64,000 nucleotides of DNA from Verrucomicrobiaceae bacterium (GCA_051252135.1 JBPOGH010000017.1:1-64000); one strand, 5' to 3'. Positions 29,294 through 39,748 are shown, numbered from the stretch's first letter. A program made the numbers and translations. The notes: generated by a model from the sequence alone, not told the origin.

Positions 29294-30367
29294 ATGCCCT
29301 CCCTAGCCCCGCTACCCCTCCCAGACTCGGTCTCCTTTGAGACACCCAAGATATGGCGCAGTCTTCGTGATACCCACCGCACTCTCGCCGAGCTCAAGGG
29401 CCTTTGCACCTCCCTTCCGAATCCCGCCATCCTCATCGAAACCCTCTCGATCCAAGAGGCCAAGGACAGCTCGGAGATCGAAAACATCATCACCACCCAC
29501 GACGAACTCTTCGCCTCCCAAAACACGACCGAAGACATCTCCCTCGCTGCCAAGGAAGTCCAAAACTACGCCGCCGCTCTCCGCATCGGCTACCAAGAGG
29601 TTTCCCAATCCGGACTCATCCGCCTCGAAACCATCCTCGCCATCCAAGCCGAGATCGAATCCAACCGCGCCGGACTCCGCAAAGTCCCCGGCACCGTTCT
29701 CAAAAACGAAGCCACCGGCGAAACCATTTTCGAGCCCCCTCAGGACGGCACGGAAGTTGCCGATCTCATGGACAACCTCATCCAGTTCATCCATCGCGAC
29801 GATGATCTCGATCCCCTCCTGCGCATGGCCATTGTTCATCACCAGTTTGAGAGTATCCATCCCTTCTACGATGGGAACGGCCGCACCGGTCGTATCCTCA
29901 ACGTCCTCATCCTCATCCGCGAGAACCTCCTCGGCATCCCCATCCTCTACCTCAGCCGCTACATCAATCGCACCAAATCCGACTACTACCGCCTCCTCCA
30001 GACCACCCGCACCGACGATCGCTGGGAAGACTGGTGCCTCTACCTGCTCAAAGGAATCGAAGTCACATCCCGTCACGCCCTCCAACTCATTCAGGACGTT
30101 CAGAAATTGATGGCAGACTACAAAAAACGGATCCGCAAAGACTTCAAATTCTACTCCCGGGACCTCCTCAACAACCTCTTCCGCTACCCCTACACCAAAA
30201 TCGAATTCATCGAGCGCGAACTCGGCGTCTCCCGCCCCACCGCCACCAAATATCTCGACCAACTCGCCGCCGCCGGCTTCGTCGAAAAAACAAAAAAAGG
30301 ACGCACAAACTTCTACATCAACCGCCCCCTCTTCACCCTCCTCACCAACAGCGAAAATCTCGTCTGA
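29294..30367 (+). CDS. Fic family protein with C-terminal winged HTH
   Basis: HPFYDGNGRTGR Fic motif; N-terminal SSEIEN inhibitory motif; ELGVSRPTATKYLDQL HTH. Confidence 0.93.
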   Translation: MPSLAPLPLPDSVSFETPKIWRSLRDTHRTLAELKGLCTSLPNPAILIETLSIQEAKDSSEIENIITTHDELFASQNTTEDISLAAKEVQNYAAALRIGYQEVSQSGLIRLETILAIQAEIESNRAGLRKVPGTVLKNEATGETIFEPPQDGTEVADLMDNLIQFIHRDDDLDPLLRMAIVHHQFESIHPFYDGNGRTGRILNVLILIRENLLGIPILYLSRYINRTKSDYYRLLQTTRTDDRWEDWCLYLLKGIEVTSRHALQLIQDVQKLMADYKKRIRKDFKFYSRDLLNNLFRYPYTKIEFIERELGVSRPTATKYLDQLAAAGFVEKTKKGRTNFYINRPLFTLLTNSENLV

Positions 30368-30526
30368 ATAAAGCAAACAAGCGCACCAAGCATCTTGAAA
30401 AAAGCTTCACCTCTTCAGTTTGACTCTCAAAATTAGGTGTTAGATGTTCAATGTTCACTTCTCTCCCCTCAACCCCGCCCGTTCAAATCTCACTGTTCGT
30501 GTTCAAATCTCAAATTTCACCTCCCT

Positions 30527-30608
30527 CGCCCCACAGGGGCACCTCAACGCAGCCCTTGGCAGCGCCTGGGGATTCCCCCCAGTAAAATCAACAAGCCCTG
30601 TAGGGGCG
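30527..30608. repeat. REP-like palindromic element
   Basis: cgccccacaggggc ... cagcccttggcagcgcctggg ... gccctgtaggggcg, among heptamer-like repeats (gttcaaatctc, ctcaaatttca). Confidence 0.5.
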
Positions 30609-30804
30609 ATCTAACTCCTCCGAACTCCTCACATCGCCCTAACATTCTTCACCGCAGCGCCCCGCATGGCTCGCTGCTTTTTCATTTCAAAAATTCACCA
30701 CTCAAATCTCAAATTTCATCCCCACTTCCTCTATCAAACATCATCCACTTTCCAACTTGTCCCCTCATCGGTATCAATAGAGCATCTGAAGATATCAATC
30801 TAAC

Positions 30805-33800
30805 GTGCCTCTAGCCTCTCCGAACTTCCAGTTTCTCAAGAAACACGACCAACACCTGCTCAAGCTTGCAGCGGGTGCAGAGGCTTACTGCTTCACCGAA
30901 CCTGACCTTGCCCTCACCCGCGTCAGGCAGCTCTCAGAGGCCATCGTCGCAAGCGTTCTAAAATACACTCCACAAAACGCATCCGACCGCCCCTCCTTCC
31001 TCAGCCAAATCAATCAGCTCCTTGATCAAGGAATCCTCTCCCGCGAACTCGGTGATACCCTTCACACGATTCGCCGCCTCGCGAATCACGCAGTTCATTC
31101 TGGTCAAGCAGACCAGGGGAAAGCTCTCCACGGAATCAAACTCATTCGAGGAGTCGCGATTTGGTTCCACAAACTTTCCCAACCCAACTTTAAAGCAGGG
31201 GCCTTCGTTCCACCCCCATCACCAGTCGACGCATCCGATGAACTCGAGAAAGAGCTAGATGCCCTAAAAGAAGAACTCACCAAGGAGCAACAAGCCCGTA
31301 ACAAGGCTGAAAACAAAGCCTCCACTCTCGCCGAAGCTCATGCTCAAGCAGTAAACGATTCAAAGCAGGCCTACGACGATCAACTCGCTGCCCTTGAACT
31401 TGCTGCAGAGTCAGAAAAAAAATGGCAAGAAAGCCAAGAAGCCTTCCTCTCGACCAAAACAGAAGAGACCAAAGTCACCTCAGAAGAAGCGAAGGAAGTC
31501 ACCAAGACTGCGAAAAAAGCAGCCAAAGAATTTGCCTCTGATCTCGACGAAGCAGAGACCCGCGAAATTATCGACGCCCAGCTCCAAGACGCCGGATGGA
31601 TCGCCGATACCATCAACCTCCGCTATTCTCGAGGAACACGCCCCCAAAGAGGCCTCAACAAAGCCATCGCCGAGTGGCCCACCAGCTCTGGCCCAGTAGA
31701 CTACGCCCTCTTCATCGGCACCGAACTAGTCGCAGTAGCCGAAGCCAAACGCTTCAACAAAGACCTTTCTCCTGTCCTTGGCCAAGCAAAGCGATACGCC
31801 AAAGACATCGACCCGAAGAAATACACTTTCCCGGAAGGCAGCCCGTGGTTCGAATACAAAGCCCCCTTCGCTTTCGCCGGCAATGGCCGCCCCTATCACA
31901 AGCAGCTCCCCGAAAAATCCGGCATCCTCTTTCATGACCTTCGGCTCGATACCAATAAACTCAAAGCCCTCGACGGATGGCGTAGCCCGCAAGGCCTCCT
32001 TGACGAACTCGAGATCGACAAAGTAAAAGCCGATCAAGACCTCTCTGAACATCCCGTCGATCTCCCTCTCCTCCGCCTCTACCAACGCGAGGCCATCTCC
32101 GCGATCGAGGAAAACATCGCCAAAGGCCGCGACGCCATCCTCCTCGCCATGGCTACGGGCACCGGAAAAACCCGCACGGCCATCTCGCTGATCTACCGTC
32201 TCATTCAGCACAAGCGCTTCAAGCGCATCCTCTTCCTCGTCGACCGCACCACTCTCGGAGAGCAATCCTATGACGATGGCTTCAACCGAATCCAACTCGA
32301 AGCCCTCCAAACCTTCACCGACATCTACAACGTCGCCCAACTCGGCGACACCAAGATTGAAAAGGAAACCAAAGTCCACATCGCCACCGTCCAGAGCATG
32401 GTCCGCCGCGTCGTGCTCCTCGGCGATGACGCACCGCCTCCGGTCGATCAATATGATTGCGTCATCATTGATGAATGCCACCGCGGCTACGTCCTCGATA
32501 AGGACATGGATGAGAGTGAAATCGCCTTCCGTTCCGAGGCAGATTTCATTTCAAAATACCGCCGCGTCGTTGACCACTTCCACGCCGTGAAGATTGGCCT
32601 CACCGCCACTCCCGCCCAACACACCTCGGACATCTTCGGAGCACCCGTCTTCACCTACTCTTATCGTGAAGCCGTCACCGATGGCTACCTCTGCGACCAC
32701 ACCCCTCCCACCCGCATTACCACCGCTCTCGTTAAGCACGGCATCAAGTGGAAGAAAGGCGAGAAAGTCCTCACCTACAATCCCACCGATGCCTCCATCG
32801 AGAGCCACCAAGCCCCGGATGAAGTCCTAAAGGGTGTCGAAGCCTTCAACACCCAGGTTATTACCAAGCCCTTCAACGAGACCATCTCTGAGGAACTCGC
32901 TCAATATCTCGACCCTGAAACCCCGGGGAAAACTCTCGTCTTCTGCGCCACCGATTCTCACGCAGATATCTTTGTCACTGCCCTCAAAGATGCCCTTGAT
33001 GCCACTTACGGCCCCCAACCTGACTCCCTCATCGCCAAGATCACCGGCTCAGGCATGCAGGCCGACAAAACTCTCCTCCGTCGTTTCAAAAACGAACAAC
33101 ATCCTAAAATCGCCGTCACCGTCGACCTCCTTACCACCGGAATCGACGTCCCACAAATTACCAAGCTCATCTTCGTCCGCCGAGTGAAGAGCCGTATCCT
33201 TTATGAGCAGATGCTCGGACGTGCCACTCGCCTCTGTGAAAATCTCTTCGGTGAAGGCGAGGACAAGGAAGTCTTCGAAATCTTCGACACTGTCGATATC
33301 TACGCCGCGCTTGAGCCGGTTAGCACCATGAAGCCCGTCGTGACTCAGGCCAGTGCCGGCATCTCAGAACTCTTCGGCTTCATGACCGAGGCCATGGCAG
33401 CTCAGGACAGCTCCGCAACCGAGTCCTTCCACAGCCAGCTCGTCGTCAAAGTCCGCCGTCTCCGGAAAAAGATCGACCGCAAGTCAGATGAACTGGCCAC
33501 CCGCTTCTCTGATCTCACCCCCGAGTCCCTCCTCGAAGCCCTCTCCACCTCTCCTGCCGCCGCCACCGATCTTTTCAAGACTCATCCAACCCTTCCCCAG
33601 TGGCTGGAAACCGTCAGTCGCTCCTCCACTCCCCGCTCCGTCCTCGTTTCAGAGCACCCGGATCGCGTCATGGAGACCACTTCCGGCTACGGTGAGGGCC
33701 GGGAAAAGCCAGAGGACTACCTCGAGCGCTTTAACCTGTGGATCGAGGAACATAAATCCACCCACGAAGCCCTCAAGCTCGTCCTCACCGCTCCCGGCAG

Positions 33801-34221
33801 CCTCACTAGGAAGGAACTTCGTTCCCTTAGCCTGGCCATGGACGACGCCGGCTTCACCGAACATCAAATCCAGCCCGCTTGGCGCGAAGTGAAGCATGAA
33901 ATGTGCGCTGCCAAGCTCCTCGGCTACATCCGTGCCCAGGCCCTCGGTTCTCCCCTCTTGCCCTACGAACAACGAGTCGATGCCGCCGCCCAACGTATCC
34001 TCGCAAAGCCAGACTTCCGCTGGACCGAGAACCAAAAACGTTGGCTAAGCCGCATCGTGAACCAAATCAAGTCCTCCACCATCGTTGACCGTGACAGCCT
34101 GCAGGCTGGGGCCTATGCCTCTGCCGGTGGTTTTGACACCATCAACAAGAGCTTCTCCGGAAAGCTCGAGTCCCTTCTCACTGACCTTCATACTGAAATC
34201 TGGCAAGACCCTGCCGCTTAA
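30805..34221 (+). CDS. hsdR: Type I restriction enzyme R subunit (EcoKI-like)
   Basis: PVDYALF...AEAKR nuclease, MATGTGKT, IIDECHR, GLTATP, TTGIDVP, QMLGRATR. Confidence 0.95.
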   Translation: MPLASPNFQFLKKHDQHLLKLAAGAEAYCFTEPDLALTRVRQLSEAIVASVLKYTPQNASDRPSFLSQINQLLDQGILSRELGDTLHTIRRLANHAVHSGQADQGKALHGIKLIRGVAIWFHKLSQPNFKAGAFVPPPSPVDASDELEKELDALKEELTKEQQARNKAENKASTLAEAHAQAVNDSKQAYDDQLAALELAAESEKKWQESQEAFLSTKTEETKVTSEEAKEVTKTAKKAAKEFASDLDEAETREIIDAQLQDAGWIADTINLRYSRGTRPQRGLNKAIAEWPTSSGPVDYALFIGTELVAVAEAKRFNKDLSPVLGQAKRYAKDIDPKKYTFPEGSPWFEYKAPFAFAGNGRPYHKQLPEKSGILFHDLRLDTNKLKALDGWRSPQGLLDELEIDKVKADQDLSEHPVDLPLLRLYQREAISAIEENIAKGRDAILLAMATGTGKTRTAISLIYRLIQHKRFKRILFLVDRTTLGEQSYDDGFNRIQLEALQTFTDIYNVAQLGDTKIEKETKVHIATVQSMVRRVVLLGDDAPPPVDQYDCVIIDECHRGYVLDKDMDESEIAFRSEADFISKYRRVVDHFHAVKIGLTATPAQHTSDIFGAPVFTYSYREAVTDGYLCDHTPPTRITTALVKHGIKWKKGEKVLTYNPTDASIESHQAPDEVLKGVEAFNTQVITKPFNETISEELAQYLDPETPGKTLVFCATDSHADIFVTALKDALDATYGPQPDSLIAKITGSGMQADKTLLRRFKNEQHPKIAVTVDLLTTGIDVPQITKLIFVRRVKSRILYEQMLGRATRLCENLFGEGEDKEVFEIFDTVDIYAALEPVSTMKPVVTQASAGISELFGFMTEAMAAQDSSATESFHSQLVVKVRRLRKKIDRKSDELATRFSDLTPESLLEALSTSPAAATDLFKTHPTLPQWLETVSRSSTPRSVLVSEHPDRVMETTSGYGEGREKPEDYLERFNLWIEEHKSTHEALKLVLTAPGSLTRKELRSLSLAMDDAGFTEHQIQPAWREVKHEMCAAKLLGYIRAQALGSPLLPYEQRVDAAAQRILAKPDFRWTENQKRWLSRIVNQIKSSTIVDRDSLQAGAYASAGGFDTINKSFSGKLESLLTDLHTEIWQDPAA

Positions 34222-34240
34222 GCTCTCTCATCACTAAATA

Positions 34241-35677
34241 ATGTCCGCCACCTTCGATATCGTTCAAAAGCTCTGGAATCTCTGCAACGTCCTCCGCGAT
34301 GACGGCGTGCAATACTCGGACTACGTCACCGAGCTCACCTACCTCCTCTTCCTCAAAATGGCGGAGGAAACCAAAACCGAGGACCGCATCCCAAAAAAAT
34401 ACCGCTGGAACACCCTCACCTCAGAGGAAGGCACCGCTCTTCTCCAACACTACCGTGAACTCCTCGTCAAACTCGGCGAAGCCAAAAGCCCCCGCGTCAA
34501 AGCGATCTTCGCCAACGCGCAGACCTCTCTCCGCCAGCCCCGTCACCTTCACACCCTCGTTACTGCCATTGCCGATCTCGATTGGTATTCCGCTAAGAGC
34601 GAAGGCCTTGGCGATCTCTACGAAGGCCTCCTCGAAAAAAATGCCAGCGAGACCAAATCCGGAGCCGGTCAATACTTCACTCCCCGCTGCCTCATCGACT
34701 CTATTGTCGAGGTCACCAAACCCCAACCCGGCGAGATCGTCCATGATCCCGCCGCTGGCATGCTCGGCTTCCTCGTCGCCGCAGATCGTTATGTCAAAGA
34801 CCAGACCGACGATCTCTTTGATCTCTCGGAAGAACTCCAGGCCTTTCAAAAGGAAAGGGCCTTCATCGGCATGGAACTCGTGCCCGACACCCATCGTCTT
34901 GCCCTCATGAATGCCCTCCTCCATGACATTCATAGCCCCATCCTTCTTGGCGACACCCTCTCTTCCGATGGCCACCAGCTCAAGGATGCTGATCTAGTCC
35001 TCAGCAACCCACCCTTCGGCACCAAGAAAGGCGGAGGAGCTTCCACTCGCGATGACTTCACCTTCCCCACTGGGAATAAGCAACTCGCCTTCCTCCAGCA
35101 CATTTACCGCAGCCTTAGGCTCCCCAGCAAGGACAAGCTCGGAGGCCGCGCCGCCGTCGTCCTGCCGGACAACGTCCTCTTCGAGGATAATACCGGAGCA
35201 AAAATCCGCACTGACCTCATGGACAAGTGCAATCTCCACACCATCCTCCGCCTCCCCACCGGCATCTTCTATGCTCAGGGCGTGAAGACCAATGTCCTCT
35301 TCTTCAATCGCCACAACAAGGAAACCGGCGGCACCAAAAACATCTGGGTCTACGACATGCGCACTAACATGCCGAAGTTCGGCAAGCGCACCCCACTCAC
35401 CCGCGAGCACTTCGCCTGTTTTGAAAAAGCCTATGGCAAAAAGTCCGACGGCTCCTCCAAACGCACCGATCAAGGCGAGGAAGGCCGCTTTCGAAAATTC
35501 ACTCGTAAGGAAATCGCCGAACGAGGCGAAAACCTCGACCTCTCCTGGCTTCGTGATGAAAGCTCAAGCTCATCAGAAGACCTGCCGGAACCCGAAGAAC
35601 TCGCCTCCGCCATTCTTAAGCGCCTGCAAAAGGCGGCGGAAGAGATCGAAGCACTTCAAGCAGAGCTTTCAGCATGA
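34241..35677 (+). CDS. hsdM: Type I R-M methyltransferase M subunit
   Basis: IVQKLWNLCNVLRDDG, GAGQYFTPR, DPAAG..GF, SNPPFG, GRAAVVLPDNVLF. Confidence 0.95.
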   Translation: MSATFDIVQKLWNLCNVLRDDGVQYSDYVTELTYLLFLKMAEETKTEDRIPKKYRWNTLTSEEGTALLQHYRELLVKLGEAKSPRVKAIFANAQTSLRQPRHLHTLVTAIADLDWYSAKSEGLGDLYEGLLEKNASETKSGAGQYFTPRCLIDSIVEVTKPQPGEIVHDPAAGMLGFLVAADRYVKDQTDDLFDLSEELQAFQKERAFIGMELVPDTHRLALMNALLHDIHSPILLGDTLSSDGHQLKDADLVLSNPPFGTKKGGGASTRDDFTFPTGNKQLAFLQHIYRSLRLPSKDKLGGRAAVVLPDNVLFEDNTGAKIRTDLMDKCNLHTILRLPTGIFYAQGVKTNVLFFNRHNKETGGTKNIWVYDMRTNMPKFGKRTPLTREHFACFEKAYGKKSDGSSKRTDQGEEGRFRKFTRKEIAERGENLDLSWLRDESSSSSEDLPEPEELASAILKRLQKAAEEIEALQAELSA

Positions 35678-37350
35678 GTAATTTACCAATTGGATGGACC
35701 GAATTGACCCTCGGTGATCTAGCAGAATTGAAATACGGTAAGTCTCTTCCTGCAAAAAGCCGTTCAGGAAGCGGATTCCCAGTGTATGGTTCAAACGGAA
35801 TCGTTGGCTTTCACTCTACGGCATTAACACAAGGGCCAACCATCGTTATTGGTAGGAAAGGTTCTTTTGGTGAAGTCCATTTTTCGAATTCTAGTTGCCA
35901 TCCAATCGACACAACATACTACATCGACGATTTTGATGTAGCCTCGCCTGATTTTCTTCACAAACTGCTGAAGACACTGCCTTTAAAGACGCTAAATCGT
36001 GCGTCAGCTATCCCTGGCTTGAATAGATCGGATGCATACGCCTGCAAAACCAAGCTTGCTCCAGCAAACGAACAAAAGCGCATCGTTGCCAAGCTGGAAT
36101 CCTGCGAGTCCCGCATTACCGCAGCCCGCGAGGCCCTTGATGAAGTCCCCGCCCTCCTCGAACAATACCGCCAAAGCATCCTCGCCGCCGCCTTCCGCGG
36201 AGACCTCACCAAAGACTGGCGTGCCGCCAACCCAAACACCGAACCCGCCTCCAAACTCCTCACTCGCCTCCGCCAAGAACGCCGCCAACGCTGGGAAAAA
36301 ACCACCTTAGCAGACTACAAAGCTAACGACAAAGAACCTCCAAAGAACTGGCTAGAAAAATACAAAGAACCTTTACCTATTTCTCCTGCAGAGGCCGAAA
36401 ATTGCCCTCCAATCCCAGATGGTTGGAGTTGGTCAACCAATGAAGAAATTTCAGAACGAGTTACCGTTGGTCATGTAGGTTCGATGAAAAAAGAGTATCG
36501 CGACAGTGGGATAGCATTCCTAAGAGGCCAAAATGTCAGGGAGAATCGCTTCGATTCAAAAAACCTCCTCCGGATCAGCGAAGAATTTCATGAAAAGCTA
36601 AAGAAATCTACACTCTCGCCTGATGACATCGTAGTTACAAGATCAGGAGAGGTGGGAACCGCTTGTGTCATTCCTAAAACTCTACCTGTCGCCAATTGCT
36701 CCGATCTAGTAATAATACAAAGGCCTATCTACACCGATTCTAATTATCTATCCTTCTACATAAACTCAGAAGGCAAGCGCACTGTCAAAGACGGAAAAGT
36801 GGGCGTTGCCATTACTCACTTCAACACAAAGTCGGTTGCACGGATGCCCATTGCTGTCGCGCCATTCGCTGAGCAACAAGAAATCGCCAAGATATTGAAA
36901 TCTTTCCACAGGGTAATCGAGAAACTCCACGAAACATACAACAGGTCAGCTTCAGACATCTCAGAATTAAGTGCCAGCCTTCTAAAAAAAGCCTTTTCCG
37001 GTCAACTTGTCAATCAGGAGCCCAATGATGAACCAGCTTCAGTTCTACTCGAACGAATTAAGGAAAAGCGCCTACTCGAACAACAAATTCGCGCGAAGCG
37101 ACCAAAGAAAAAACGCATCTCTAACGCCACAATGTCAGAATCCATCCCAACGACCATTCAACAAGCACTTCAGGGCAAAGACTCTAAACTTTCGACCAGT
37201 GATCTCTTTGAGAAGATGGGCTACGCCAATGATTCCAGCTCAGAAACAGTAGAGGCCTTTCTCATCCAACTCCGAGACGCCATTGCAGATGGGGCAATTT
37301 CCAGAACCCGTGAAAATGACGAAGATTACTTCTCCCTGAAGTCCTCATGA
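35674..37350 (+). CDS. hsdS: Type I R-M specificity subunit with extra C-terminal domain
   Basis: LPIGW and IPDGW TRD starts, PANEQKRIV and PFAEQQEI, AFRGDL and AFSGQL, EPASVLLERI, then ~72 extra residues (37132-37350). Confidence 0.93.
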   Translation: MSNLPIGWTELTLGDLAELKYGKSLPAKSRSGSGFPVYGSNGIVGFHSTALTQGPTIVIGRKGSFGEVHFSNSSCHPIDTTYYIDDFDVASPDFLHKLLKTLPLKTLNRASAIPGLNRSDAYACKTKLAPANEQKRIVAKLESCESRITAAREALDEVPALLEQYRQSILAAAFRGDLTKDWRAANPNTEPASKLLTRLRQERRQRWEKTTLADYKANDKEPPKNWLEKYKEPLPISPAEAENCPPIPDGWSWSTNEEISERVTVGHVGSMKKEYRDSGIAFLRGQNVRENRFDSKNLLRISEEFHEKLKKSTLSPDDIVVTRSGEVGTACVIPKTLPVANCSDLVIIQRPIYTDSNYLSFYINSEGKRTVKDGKVGVAITHFNTKSVARMPIAVAPFAEQQEIAKILKSFHRVIEKLHETYNRSASDISELSASLLKKAFSGQLVNQEPNDEPASVLLERIKEKRLLEQQIRAKRPKKKRISNATMSESIPTTIQQALQGKDSKLSTSDLFEKMGYANDSSSETVEAFLIQLRDAIADGAISRTRENDEDYFSLKSS

Positions 37351-38873
37351 AAATTGATTACCTAAAAGTCCGATCCCCTTTCAAAAATTTGGAAGGAGTT
37401 TTAGTCGATTTTGATGAAGACCATCTCATGACGGTCATTGTCGGCAGTAATGGTTCAGGAAAATCAAACGTGCTGGAAGCGCTTGTCTCGATTTTTCGAA
37501 ACCTTGACCTCAAGGAATCCCCCCTCTTCTCCTACGAGATCAAATACCGCCTCCAAACGACAGCCGAACCTATTTGGATCACTGTCGATGCCGATCCCGA
37601 AGCGGGCAAAACTCCAGACAAACAATACAAAATCCTAGCAGGCCCTGAAGGGGGCGAACAAGAGAAACTCCGCATCTCGCAAGTTGCCCGCAACAAAGAA
37701 GGTGAAGCACCGTATCTCCCTCAACACCTTTTCGCTTACTACTCCGGCCCGAGTGACCGACTGGAAAAATACTTCCGGAAACACCGTACTGATTTCTACA
37801 ACAAGCTCCTCAAAAGCGATCTCAACCTCCGTGGAAACATCCGCCCCCTTTTCTACGCCAAACCCATCCACAGCCAGTTTGTTCTGCTGGCCTTCTACCT
37901 GACCCAAGAGCAAAATACCGAACAACAGTTTCTCTTCGACCACCTCGGCATCGAAAGCCTCGACTCCGTCCACCTCGTGATGCGCCGACCTAGCTGGAGC
38001 AACACACCACAAAAGAGAAACGAACTTTTTTGGTCCGCCGGAGGAGTCGTCCGAGAATTTTTGGACCTCCTTTTCCCCCACACACTTGCTCCATTGAAAA
38101 TCACCAGGGAAGAAGATGTAGGACTGACCAAAGGCAATCCAAAGAACGAATTTTTTCATCTTTTTATCCCAACCCTAAATGACCTGAGAGCCTTTGCCTC
38201 CGACCTCGGCCCCGACGTATTCTTTAAAATGCTTGAGAGCACCCTCCTCTCCGAAGTGATTTCAGAAATCAATATCCGAGTCAAAATGAAGGGCTCCAAT
38301 GAGACCCTTTCCTTCAACGAACTCAGTGAAGGAGAACAACAACTTCTCACCGTTCTTGGACTCCTCAAATTCACCGGTGCTAAGGACACCCTCTTCCTCC
38401 TCGACGAACCAGACACCCACCTCAACCCAGCATGGGCCAAACACTACCTCAGCTACCTCGACACTTTCACTCCAGACAAGGAAAGCTCCCAGCTCCTCAT
38501 GGTGACTCATCACCCCTTAGCAATTGCCGAACTCGAAAAAGAACAGGTTCAAGTCATGAGAATGGAGCACACCTCAACAGGCCCCCAAGTGAAGGCCTAC
38601 CAACCTGAAGAAAGCCCCCGAGGCCTCGGCTACTCGGGCATTCTCATGAGCGACATGTTCGGCCTAAAGTCGGACATTGACGACCACACGTTGAACAAGA
38701 TGCATCGTCGTGCAGCGCTAGCAGCTCAAGAAACACTTTCCCGCGAAGAACTAGAGGAGCTAACTGGATTGAATGCATATCTCGATCACCTCGGCTACGC
38801 TTCTCTAGATTCGGACCCGCACTACAGAGAATACCTCAGAACTCAAACTGTCAGGGATCACGAACCCGCCTAA
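37347..38873 (+). CDS. ABC-type ATPase (AAA_21/PtuA-like)
   Basis: Walker A GSNGSGKS, signature LSEGEQQ, Walker B/D-loop LFLLDEPDTHLNP, H-loop VTHHP; ATGA overlap with hsdS. Confidence 0.9.
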   Translation: MKIDYLKVRSPFKNLEGVLVDFDEDHLMTVIVGSNGSGKSNVLEALVSIFRNLDLKESPLFSYEIKYRLQTTAEPIWITVDADPEAGKTPDKQYKILAGPEGGEQEKLRISQVARNKEGEAPYLPQHLFAYYSGPSDRLEKYFRKHRTDFYNKLLKSDLNLRGNIRPLFYAKPIHSQFVLLAFYLTQEQNTEQQFLFDHLGIESLDSVHLVMRRPSWSNTPQKRNELFWSAGGVVREFLDLLFPHTLAPLKITREEDVGLTKGNPKNEFFHLFIPTLNDLRAFASDLGPDVFFKMLESTLLSEVISEINIRVKMKGSNETLSFNELSEGEQQLLTVLGLLKFTGAKDTLFLLDEPDTHLNPAWAKHYLSYLDTFTPDKESSQLLMVTHHPLAIAELEKEQVQVMRMEHTSTGPQVKAYQPEESPRGLGYSGILMSDMFGLKSDIDDHTLNKMHRRAALAAQETLSREELEELTGLNAYLDHLGYASLDSDPHYREYLRTQTVRDHEPA

Positions 38874-38878
38874 TTGTC

Positions 38879-39748
38879 ATGCTTTACATCGTCAAAGAAG
38901 AGGTCGAGTTGGACCTCCCGGATGACTGGGATACAAGAGTCGATGAAGCTCGCCGATATGTAGACACAAAGCTTCAGGAAGCTTCGGCCTATGCAGACAG
39001 AAAGGGCTATACCGAAACCAAGAAACGCGCCTTTATCAAGAAAGTCCGCTCTAAGGCCATCACCTCTCGGGGTCACGATACATGGCAACGTCTAGCTTCC
39101 ACGCTCGCCTTCAGAAGCCACAATAAGTGTTGGTATTGCGAATCTATCCAATCTCGCTCAGACAAGGCTGTTGACCATTTCCGCCCAAAAAACCGGATTG
39201 AGGAACGAACAGACCATCTTGGCTATCATTGGCTTGCCTTTGATTGGCAAAATTACCGTTACAGTTGCACCTTTTGTAATAGCAGACGCATCACCTCGAC
39301 ATCTACGCCCGGTGGAAAACAATGTTGTTTTCCTCTCTTAGACGAAAGCAGGCGAGCAACTTGCGAAACTGATGATTGGACACAAGAAGAACCTGCTCTC
39401 TTAGACCCTTACGTAAGGAACGACACAAAGGAGCTCCTCTTCCTCAGTAACGGGCAGCCATCACCCGCTAACTCCGATCCTGATGCTATTGCTCATCGAC
39501 GGGCAGCCATTTCCATTGATACCTACCACTTAAACGAAAGAGGTATCAATCGTGACCGGAAACAAATCTTTGTTGATATTCGAAAGCTAGTGAATGCCAT
39601 CGATCGTGCTGAAAATTCCTCAGAGGACCTCAAATCTGCTCTCCTTCAAAAAGTTCGCTCGACCGCCCCCTATGCAAGCGCAGCGAGAATCTATCTACGT
39701 CAGTATCGCGAGCGTGCTTGGGTGCAAGACTTGTTGGAAGACCTGTAA
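38879..39748 (+). CDS. HNH endonuclease (PtuB-like)
   Basis: KCWYCE...VDHFRPK...WLAFDWQNYRYSCTFCN...K..FPL...PALLDP. Confidence 0.88.
   Translation: MLYIVKEEVELDLPDDWDTRVDEARRYVDTKLQEASAYADRKGYTETKKRAFIKKVRSKAITSRGHDTWQRLASTLAFRSHNKCWYCESIQSRSDKAVDHFRPKNRIEERTDHLGYHWLAFDWQNYRYSCTFCNSRRITSTSTPGGKQCCFPLLDESRRATCETDDWTQEEPALLDPYVRNDTKELLFLSNGQPSPANSDPDAIAHRRAAISIDTYHLNERGINRDRKQIFVDIRKLVNAIDRAENSSEDLKSALLQKVRSTAPYASAARIYLRQYRERAWVQDLLEDL

Noticed and set aside
30437..30814. 125-aa ORF upstream of hsdR
   Set aside because: Runs through REP-like and heptamer repeats, with no recognisable motif or codon bias
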